NCBI GenBank assembly: GCA_963847445.1
Contig: CAWJZV010000030.1
Span: forward strand, 566,257-630,256
Direction: 5' to 3'
From: an uncultured delta proteobacterium
GTDB lineage: Bacteria > Desulfobacterota > Binatia > UBA9968
DNA: 64,000 bases
The number at the start of each line of letters is the position of its first letter. Within the stretch, counting starts at the first letter, position 1. The position numbers were made by a program, and so were the translations under genes. The notes beneath the pieces were generated by a model. The model had not been told where the DNA came from, searched no databases, and saw nothing but the letters and a program-made list of their open reading frames with translations. Positions 55,437-64,000 of this stretch are shown here, piece after piece.

Positions 55437-57446
55437 TCACGCTGTCGTCAACTTCGGATACGCCGCGACCAGTCGGAGCGGCAACTCCTCCACTTGGGTC
55501 ACCACTTCGTAGGGAATGTCGTCGCACATTTGGCGCAGATAATCTTCGCCGTCACGGTCGATGGTCAGACAGAATGGCCGGATCCTGCGCCGCTTCGCTT
55601 CGAGCAACGCTTGGCGGGTATCCTGCAGCGCATACTCTTGATCCGCGTCGTCCCTGCCGTAGTCGCGATCGTAGGGCCGGCCGTCGCTCAAGAGAAACAA
55701 TAGCCGCGTGTTCGCTTCGACTCGCTCCAGTTTACCCAGAGCATGGCGGATCGCCGCGCCCATGCGCGTCCCATGCGCCGGTTGAATGCGATCGATGCGC
55801 CGGCCGATCCGCTGCGTCAACGGCTCGTGGAAATCTTTGACCACATGAAACTCGACCTCGGCCCGGCCGCTACCGGAAAAAGCGTAGACGGCATAGCTGT
55901 CGCCGATCTTTTCCAGGGCTTGGCAGAGCACGATGGCCGCCTGCTTTTCAATATCGATGGTGCGCCGGCGCAGCGGCTTGCCGCGTTGATCGACGCCGGC
56001 GGCGATGCGCTTCAAGTAATCGCTGTACGCCTGGGCGCTCGGTCCGCTCGGCCGGTGCGCCTTGGCCGCCTCCAGCTGAACATACTCATTGGTCGTCGCG
56101 CTCATATCGAGCAGCAAAGCCACCGCCACGTCGCGTTGGGTGCGTTCGCGCCGCCAATAAAGCTTCTCCCTCGGCACCCCGCCCGTGCGCCGATCGACGA
56201 ATCGTTCGATCACCGCGTCGAGATCGAGATCTTCGCCGTCGTCGCGCCGCGTCACCTTACGCAACAGCTCGGGAATCCAATGCTCGAAGCGATTGACCAC
56301 CTGGCGCACCAGCGGCCGATGTTCGACCAACGCTTCCATATAGAAGTCCGACGTCCCTTCGTCCATAAAGCGTTCGCGCACCCGACACCAATGCTGCCGG
56401 TATGCGCCGCCGCGAAAGTCCCACTCGGGATAAAGATAGGTAAACGGATGGTCCCGCGTCAACGGCGCCTCGGCAGTCTTGCCATCGGCAAGCAGCGGTG
56501 GCGCTGCATCGTTGCTCGGTTTGACTTCGAACTGCCGCAACCGTTGGCGATCATTATCGAGGCGAAACTCAACTTCCTGGGGCGGTGCAAACGGCATGTC
56601 GTCATCGTCAGACGCGGGCTCGCTCAGTTCATCCGGCGCCTGCTCTCGCGGCGAGCGCGGTCGCGGCGAACATGATCGCAGTCATCGTCACAGTCATGGG
56701 CTGGCCGATTGGGCAAGTTCGCCGCCAGCTCATAAAGCCGCAACGTTGCTTCCGCCGAATCCTCCACGCTGGCGTTCGGCGATCGCACCTTGGCAAGTAG
56801 TGGCGCGGCCAAGTCAATTTCGCTTTTGATTGCCAACGGCGTCACTGCCAGTGGATCGCCGCCCAGGCCCAATTGTACTAGCGCTTCGAGCAACGCTTCG
56901 CGCAACGGCAGCAGCGCAAGGCGCGGCCGCCCGGCGAGAACCGCGTCAGCTATACGAGTGGTAAAGCGCGCGAATTCCTGGATAGGCCGTTAAGATATGG
57001 ACATCGATACGCGCGTCTTCGACCAGCTCAAAAATCGCCGCAGCGAGGTCGATATCGGGAAACAGCTGCCAGAATTTACCGAATTCACCGGCCGCCTCGG
57101 TTAACGGTTTGGCCGCCGGGAGATGGCTGCGCCAATCGTCAAACTGGCGCGCCGGCTTGGCGAAAACGAAATCGAAGGTGCCGAATTCCACATGGCCGGC
57201 TTGATGGGTCAGAATAACCTTGTACCAGTTGAAATTGTCTTTTTCGGAGGGAAAACGATCGATCTTGGCCGGCAGTTCGATGACGATGGCTTGATCGTCT
57301 TGACGGGGCGTCAGCCAACCGGCGCCACGGCCAGCGCCCGCCGCGCGCGGCACCAAGAGGATTTCCCGTCCGCTTAACGCCTTGGCATAAAGCCGCAGCC
57401 TTTCACCGACTGTTTCGAGTTCCGCCGGTATGTTGGTTTCAGCCAT
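55437..57446 (-). CDS. NorD/CbbO-like VWA-domain protein (frameshifts)
   Basis: IELP, HQAGH, FELVEDARID, YPEWD, LLLDMSAT, TRMGAAIRHA, LSDGRP. Confidence 0.88.
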
Positions 57447-57513
57447 GGGAGAGAGACAGAGCTGGGTTATAAATCGCAGCTAATGGGCTGCCAACTGAAA
57501 TTACTTTGGATCT

Positions 57514-57626
57514 CACCACATCCTACGAACCCGTGCGCGGTATTTTCGAAGAAGGCACGAAGGACACGAAGGTTTCGGAAAGTTAATCCTCCGAACTTCG
57601 TGCTCTTCGTGACCTTCGTGGTGAAA
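57514..57626. repeat. CACGAAG/CTTCGTG hairpin; one arm empty, the other with a truncated nested element
   Basis: Right arm cttcgtgaccttcgtggtg is intact; left arm reverse complement reads cttcgtgcCTtcttcgaaaatac...cgtaggat|gtggtg. Confidence 0.6.
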
Positions 57627-57645
57627 AGTTCTCTTCTTCCATGTT

Positions 57646-58710
57646 TCAATAGCCGTACTTCTCCACCACCGGCTGCAGCCGTTCGAGATTTTTCTTCACT
57701 TCGTCGGTTTGGGAAATCTCTTCCCACGCTTCTTTCACCAGATCCTGGCTGACCACCTCTTCGACATCCTGGCGCATGATCGCCTTGGACAATACGCCGG
57801 CTTCTTGATGCTCCTCCAAGATACGCCATACACCTTCCACCGTCAGTTGGCCGTCGAGCGGAAAGAACGCGCTCTCCATGATGCGGATCGGCCGCAGATC
57901 GCGCATGTTCTCCGACGGGTCGGGATTGTTGACGCGAATCTTCGACTCAACCATGCGCTGAAAGGGAAAATTCTCCGGCACGATGCGCATGAAGTGATAA
58001 CCGCGGATGGTCGCCTTCCAGTAGCGCTTGATCAGTTCCGGATTGCGCGCAATGAAAGACTTGCGCGCCACCGTGACCCGATCCGGCCGGCCATGGGGTT
58101 TCGAATCTTCGACGAAGTCATAGAGTTTATTGAAACCTTTCTCCAAAAGCTCGGGCACGAATTGATTGCGCACCAACGCCGCGTCGGTTTCGCCCGCGTG
58201 CAGCGGCTTCCAGGCTTCGCGCATGGAGCCGTACTTGTAGCCGACTTTCCACTCGACATCGGTGGCCGGATTTAAACCGGCCTGGCGCAATTGATGCTCG
58301 ATCCACATGGTCGCGATGCCGCCCTTGTACCAGTCGCCAATCCGCTTGCCCTTCAACTCCCGAATCGATTTGATGCCCGGCGCCGTGACTAAGGTGGCGG
58401 GAAACCAGTTGCGCCAACCGCCGATGATACGCAGCTCATCGTTGCCCAAGGCGCGCTCGGCGAACGGCGTGCGCACATGGACATCGGGAATGATGTCGAT
58501 GTTGAAAGCGATCATGTCGCGCAACACCGTGCCTACTTCGTCATAGCGTTCGCCGTCCGGGCGGCTCGACTCGATTCCTTTCGGGTTGATCTTGGCGTGA
58601 ACGATCTCGACGTCCAACCCTTCTTGGGCAAAAAACCCCGCCTCCAGCGCATTCATCGCCGCCTGCACATGGCCCGCATGCCAACAGCCGTTGCCAACTC
58701 TCAGTTTCAT
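57646..58710 (-). CDS. NMT1/THI5-like periplasmic-binding-fold protein lacking a signal peptide
   Basis: ALEAGFFAQEGLDVEI, IKSIRELKGKRIG, FIARNPELIKRY. Confidence 0.78.
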   Translation of the reverse strand: MKLRVGNGCWHAGHVQAAMNALEAGFFAQEGLDVEIVHAKINPKGIESSRPDGERYDEVGTVLRDMIAFNIDIIPDVHVRTPFAERALGNDELRIIGGWRNWFPATLVTAPGIKSIRELKGKRIGDWYKGGIATMWIEHQLRQAGLNPATDVEWKVGYKYGSMREAWKPLHAGETDAALVRNQFVPELLEKGFNKLYDFVEDSKPHGRPDRVTVARKSFIARNPELIKRYWKATIRGYHFMRIVPENFPFQRMVESKIRVNNPDPSENMRDLRPIRIMESAFFPLDGQLTVEGVWRILEEHQEAGVLSKAIMRQDVEEVVSQDLVKEAWEEISQTDEVKKNLERLQPVVEKYGY

Positions 58711-58725
58711 TGCCTATTTGAGCTC

Positions 58726-58885
58726 CTAGAGGGCGGGTTTCAACCCGCCCCATTTAATTCTTTTTCTGTGGCCTTTGCGTTCTTTGCGGCCAAATCCCAA
58801 GTGCGCAGGATGGCTGGAGCATAAGCGATACCCATCATCCCGAACGTTGGGTATCGGCGCGATGCGCCTTCACCCACCCGACAAT
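58726..58885. repeat. Cluster of GTAG-like REP hairpins
   Basis: agggcgggtttcaacccgcccc; ggatggctggagc..gatacccatc..ttgggtatcg..ttcacccaccc; related to 60015-60042 and 55272-55300. Confidence 0.5.
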
Positions 58886-58907
58886 CGCTGATGCGATGAT
58901 CCTGAAT

Positions 58908-59905
58908 TCAATTTTTCGCCCAATTGAAAAACCCTTCCTTCTCCACTTCGCGCAACGCCGTCGTATCGATAAACTCCGCGGCGCGCCGGCCGCGCAGCTC
59001 CGCCACCGTCGCTTGCATATCGCGAATATCGAGATCCAGGGCCGCTTCCAGCGGAAACATGGTGCGTGGCTTGGCCGCGAAATAATAGTGCGCGTCGTAA
59101 AATTTATCGATCAGCAAGGGGTTGTCCTCTTTCATGTAGCGGCGGATAGCGCGATGAAAGACCTCTTTGTTCTGGCGGCCGATGCGCACCGCTTCGCCAA
59201 AGGCGCGAAACACGGCTTTGACTAACTGAGGCTTGGTTCTTTAAGAATTCACGCGTCACGAAGAAGTCGCCGCCGGAAACTTCGACACCCAATTCCTCCG
59301 TCCCTGCCAATACGTTCAATTTGATGCCGCGCATCTCGACCCTGTCGATATTGCTTTTGGTCGCCATGACAGCGTCGGCTTTGCCGCTGAGCATCATGTT
59401 GATCCGTTCGAACGATGATGTCGTCCCGGTCGGCAACAGGGCCACGTCTTTGTCCGGATTCAAGCCCAGTTTCGGCAACAAGCGGCGCACGACAAAATAA
59501 TCGCCGATGCCGAAACCGCCGATGCCGATGGTTTTGCCCTTCAACTGCTGCACCGAGGTGAGCGTCCGCGAGATCAAACTGTAGCGCGTCGGACCGATGG
59601 TGCCGACGATGACGATGGGCGCGCCGCGCGCCGCCGCGGTGATCGCGATGGTCCCGTTGGCCACCGCCATCTGAATCTCACCCGCCATCAGCGCGGCATT
59701 GTTGATCGCCGAACCGCGAATATTGACGATCTGGGCGTCGAGGCCGAATTTTTCGAAGAGTTTCAGATCCTGGGCGATATACAGCGGCGCCCGGCTCTCC
59801 GACAGCGTCGAGTTTGAAAGAATAAAACGCTCCAGTTTTCTTTCCTGGCCGTCCGCCGTTGCCAGACCCAGAGAGAAGAAACGCGAGGCAAAACCAATAG
59901 CGCAT
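58908..59905 (-). CDS. ABC SBP, NMT1/SsuA family (frameshifts)
   Basis: MRYWFCLA leader, PLYIAQDLKLFEKFG, SVQQLKGKTIGI, FIDTTALREVEKEGF. Confidence 0.8.
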
Positions 59906-60014
59906 GACCTTGTACCTATCTGGAGAACGCCGGAGAGTCAAAAGCCCTATCTCCAAGATTCACCGAGGAGATGGTTCGGCTACGCTTACCACAGATTACG
60001 AGCACGAAATTTTC

Positions 60015-60042
60015 GTAGGAGCGGGTTTGAAACCCGCCCTTC
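60015..60042 (+). repeat. GTAG-type REP
   Basis: gtaggagcgggtttgaaacccgccct. Confidence 0.65.
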
Positions 60043-60182
60043 CTAATTAGCCGAAACCTTCGTGTCCTTCATACCTTTGTGGTGAGATCGCATTTCCTCA
60101 TGAAGCACACCTGCGACACAACCGTTGCAAGTCGCATCGCCTGTGATACAAACCAAACAAACTCACCAAGGGGAACCAAACT

Positions 60183-61535
60183 GTGAAAGCCGAAAGCATG
60201 TTCCAAGTGCGGCGCGAGGATTTGCACAACTTTACGCGCGAAGAAAATGAAATATTAACGCGGGTCGGACCAGCGACGCCCATGGGCAATTTGTTTCGCC
60301 AGTACTGGCTGCCGGTGGTGCCTTCGGCGCATCTGAACGAACCGGGCGGCGCGCCGCTACGCGTCAAACTCCTCGGCGAAGATTTAGTCCTGTTCCGCAC
60401 CCACGCCAACCAGGTCGGCTTGATCGGCGCTTACTGTCCGCATCGGTTGGCGCCGCTCTATTTCGGCCGGGTCGAACAGGACGGCCTGCGCTGTCCCTAT
60501 CATGCTTGGAAATATTCGCCGGCGGGAAAGTGTATTGAAATGCCCAATATCCCGCCGGCCCAGCAGTTCATCGACGAAGTCGAACATCCCGGTTATCCCT
60601 GCGTCGAGCGCGGCGGCATCATCTGGACCTATATGGGGCTCGTCAAGGATTTGCCCGAGCTGCCGGATCTCGAATTTCTCCGGGTCGCCGACGACCAGCG
60701 TGTCTATCGCTTGTTTTTTCAGGAAGCCAATTATTTACAAGTTCTCGAAGGCGGCATCGATCCGACCCATGTCATGTGGCTGCACTCGCCCTACGATCTC
60801 AACGACGAGGAGATGAATGCCCAACAGCCGGCGCAGCAGCGCGCCGCCAACAAACTCGGCGTCAAGAAAACCCCGGAAGATGTCGAGCTGGTCGAGCATG
60901 ACGCGGGCTTTACCTACGGCGCTAGACGTTCGCTTAGCGGCGGCAAGAGTCTGTGGCGCGTCAACCAATTCATCATGCCCTGGTACACCATGCCGCCGGG
61001 CGGCGATCAGAGAGCCGCCCGCGCTTTCATTCCGGTGGACGACGAGAATTGCGTCAAATGGCAAGTACGCTGGTATCCCACGGCGGAGATCGCCGCCAAG
61101 ACCGAGGAAGGCGTGCGCGCATTCTTTGCCGAAGAAGCCTACGACCCGCCGTCCAACGCCATGCCCTTCGGCCATATCCGCATGCAGGCCAAACGGGCCA
61201 ACGACTATCTGATCAATTGGGATCTGCACAAGAGCCGGCGCATCGGCATCGCCGGCGTCAATCTCCAAGATGTCTGTGTCACCGAGAACGAAGGGCCCGG
61301 CCCGATCATGGATCGCACCAAGGAACATCTTTGCGCCGGTGACATCAGCACGATCCGGGCGCGGCTCAAATTGTTGAACTCGGCCAAGGCCCTGCGCGAG
61401 CACGGCACGCCGCCGCCGGGCGCCCGCGACCCGAGCGTCTACCGCGTCCGTGGCGCATCCATGACCGTGCCCGACGACGTCCACTGGTTCGACGGCGTCA
61501 AGGAATCGATCACCGTCCCGCCAATGACAAATTAG
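60183..61535 (+). CDS. Rieske non-heme iron oxygenase alpha subunit (phthalate dioxygenase/LigX-like)
   Basis: CPHR...CPYH Rieske motif, EGGIDPTH...LH and QD iron ligands. Confidence 0.92.
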   Translation: MKAESMFQVRREDLHNFTREENEILTRVGPATPMGNLFRQYWLPVVPSAHLNEPGGAPLRVKLLGEDLVLFRTHANQVGLIGAYCPHRLAPLYFGRVEQDGLRCPYHAWKYSPAGKCIEMPNIPPAQQFIDEVEHPGYPCVERGGIIWTYMGLVKDLPELPDLEFLRVADDQRVYRLFFQEANYLQVLEGGIDPTHVMWLHSPYDLNDEEMNAQQPAQQRAANKLGVKKTPEDVELVEHDAGFTYGARRSLSGGKSLWRVNQFIMPWYTMPPGGDQRAARAFIPVDDENCVKWQVRWYPTAEIAAKTEEGVRAFFAEEAYDPPSNAMPFGHIRMQAKRANDYLINWDLHKSRRIGIAGVNLQDVCVTENEGPGPIMDRTKEHLCAGDISTIRARLKLLNSAKALREHGTPPPGARDPSVYRVRGASMTVPDDVHWFDGVKESITVPPMTN

Positions 61536-61553
61536 AAGTGGTTCAGGAATAAA

Positions 61554-62691
61554 ATGAACCGCGCGAAAATATTCCCAGCGATCCGCCCCTCGCGGCAGAT
61601 TCTCGTCGCCCTATTCTTGCTGCTGCCGCGGTTGTCGTTTCCAGCCGTCGCCCAATCCAATTGGCAAAGCGAATGGAGCCAGCGCCAGGAAGCGGCCAAG
61701 AAGGAAGGCAAGATCGTTTTCAGCATCCCGCCCAGCGTCGAACTGCGTAAAGCATTGGAAACCATCGTGCCGAAAAGATTGGGCTTCGAGGTGGAAATCG
61801 TCCCCGCCGCGGCCGGCCGGGTAGTCCGAAGAATCGCCGATGAATACCATGCCGGCGTGCGCTACTTCGATGTCATCATCAGCACCTTCGACAATCTCGA
61901 ACATAGCCTGATTCCCATGGGCGCGGTGGAGCCCTTGGAAGCGCACTGGATCTTGCCCGAAGTGAGAGAGGCGAAAAATTGGTGGGGCGGCCATCAATGG
62001 ACCGATAACAGCAAACGTTTCGCCTATTCGCCTTTCGCCTTCATGCAGGACAATCTTTGGTACAATTCGGACTTGGTCAAAGCCGAAGAGATTCGTCTCT
62101 ACGACGATCTGTTACTGCCGAAGTGGAAAGGCAAGATCGGCCTGTGGGACCCGCGCCAGGGCGGCGCCTCGGCCGGCAAGTGGGCCTTTCTCTGGGCCAC
62201 CAAAGGCGAAGGTTACTTGAAGAAACTCATCGACCAGGTTGGCGTCATCGCCAGCGAGCGCAAACCGGTCACCGACGCTCTGGCCAAGGGCAGTATCGCG
62301 CTCAGCATCGGCCCGACCTATTACAGCTTCGTCACGTATACGAAAGCGGGATTGCCAGTGAAGCCGTTACCGCCGATCAAGGAAGGCACCTATGTCTCCA
62401 TGGGCAACGGCGGCCCGGTGATGATCAAAAACGCTCCCCATCCCAACGCCGCCAAAGTTTTCGTCAACTGGCTGTTGAGCAAGGAAGGGCAGGAAATTTA
62501 TTCCAAAGCCCAAGGTCAAGCGACGCGACAGACTCGACGTCGATACCAAGGCGATGGAAGAGTTCGGTATCCGCGCCGCCAAGGATCACATCAGCGTCGA
62601 GGACTACCACAAACATGAAAATCAAAGTGAAAACAAACTAAAGTCCGTGCGCCGCCCCGCCCAGGAGTTCGCCAAGAAAATATTGCCGTAG
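61554..62691 (+). CDS. ABC extracellular solute-binding protein (Fe3+/thiamine-binding-like), frameshift ~62530
   Basis: EAAKKEGK, DLLLPKWKGKI, APHPNAAKVFVNWLLSKEGQ. Confidence 0.85.
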
Positions 62692-62724
62692 CGTCCGACG
62701 GATGGAACCCGTAAGCGATCATCT

Positions 62725-64000
62725 TCACCGGCTATCCATGTCATAGCTCGCCAGACACTTATCGACCAACTCCTCGGCGGCGGCCCAATCGAAGTTGCGA
62801 AATTCTCGCAGCTGGATCGCCGGCGGCTCGCCGGCGTAAAACATTTCGTACTGGAGATGGCGCGAAGCGAATTCCGAGCCGACCGCATCCCACAACAGTT
62901 TCAATAATTTTACCCGTTCGTACTGCGCCCGCGTGCGGCCAGCGCACATAACGCTCGACATCCGCCGCCGAAGCGGGCGCGCGCAGCTCGTCCACGCTCG
63001 CCGGCAGCTGGATCAAACTGCCGCCGAGAAGCCCGCGGATCTGGTTGAGCAACGGCGGGTACATCGCTTGCTGGTAGACCTGGCTGGCGTAGAGCAGCGA
63101 GTCTTTGGGACGCATCACGCCGAACTGGTCGGGCTCGGCCGCCGCCTCGGCGCCGAGAATCATGCCCTCGACTGTCGACACCCGCGTCGCCAGGTCGCCC
63201 AGTTGCGCGGCGATCTCGCTCGCCGCCGCGCGCCCGCTCAAATCCATGCACCGCTTCACCAGCCCGACGAGAAACTGCAACTTGGCCAAGGAGCGAATAT
63301 GCGACTGCGTGTTGCCCAAGACATGCGCTGCGGTCGCGCTGAACTGGCCGGCGGTCAGCTCAATATTTTTATAAATAAAAACATCGTCCCAAGGGACAAA
63401 AACATCGTCGAACACCACCAGCGAATCGCTCTCGTCAAACCGGCTTGACAGCGGATAGTCGAACACACTGCAGACGCCGAGGGCATAGGGTCGGCGCGGA
63501 TAGAGTTTCACGCCCGGAGCGCTGTTGGGCACGACGCAAGAGATTGCATAGTCTTCGTCGCCCGGCTTGAGCGGCAGGATTACGGTGACGAAAATATAGT
63601 CCGACATGACCGCGCCGGTGCCGAGCATCTGAGCGCCTCGCACGATAATACCGCCAGCGCTCTCCGCCGCGGCACCGGCGTAAAGATAGGGTTCGCTTTG
63701 CTGGTGCGCCGGCTTGGCGCGATCAATGGTCGGATGGACGATGACATAGCTCAGATAAAGATCTTCGTCCGCCGCCTTGGCGGCAAAGCGCAAAAGATTG
63801 TCGGCAAACCGTTGGCCGCCACGCGCATAGAATTCCGGCGAGCCGGCGAAGCCGGCAAAGAACGACGAGACGTGATCCGGCGAGCGGCCGAGAAATCCGT
63901 AACTGGCGTCCGCCCAGAACTTGATCGCGCGCCGGCGCGCCGCCAGATCTTCGCGCGTTCGTGGCACCAGCAACAATACGTAACTGACGCGTGCACAACA
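62725..64000 (-). CDS. 4-hydroxyphenylacetate 3-hydroxylase (HpaB) family flavin monooxygenase, N-terminus outside window
   Basis: GFLGRSPDH, IVRGAQML.TG, DYPLSSRFDESD, WDAVGSEFASRHLQYEMFYAG. Confidence 0.9.

Noticed and set aside
1-64000. Mass pseudogenisation or programmed frameshifting
   Set aside because: Single-base indels hit all gene classes without accompanying in-frame stops, which is typical of unpolished long reads. Read-level polishing is needed to confirm.

Overview
GC-rich bacterial window; its style of paralog-rich solute-binding proteins (SBPs) resembles Candidatus Binatota/Deltaproteobacteria MAGs (inference). It carries many scattered single-base frameshifts that look like uncorrected long-read errors, so several CDS boundaries are approximate. 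The centre (9.7-32.6 kb) is a tripartite tricarboxylate transporter locus in which tctB and tctA bracket 16 tandem tctC/Bug SBP paralogs plus a 3' fragment. Ten of the 16 signal peptides are encoded by a ~95-bp imperfect DNA palindrome (GTTCAA x4 - loop - TTGAAC x4). Its distribution does not follow mature-domain subfamilies, and two copies carry a second hairpin nested at the same site. The flanks hold a beta-oxidation-like cluster (2 acyl-CoA dehydrogenases, Cys-less thiolase-like protein, DUF35, enoyl-CoA hydratase), a vapBC pair bracketed by a 90-bp gene-end duplication, DUF559 and Uma2 nucleases, amidohydrolases, three tandem methyltransferases with apparent signal peptides, MFS/EamA/FtsX-like transporters, a molybdo-hydroxylase large subunit, an orphan NorQ/NorD-like pair, a Rieske oxygenase and an HpaB-like monooxygenase. 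Intergenic DNA is full of hairpin mini-elements, including a ~200-bp element inserted with a CT duplication into the same site of a hairpin repeat. No rRNA, tRNA, CRISPR array or transposase gene was recognised.
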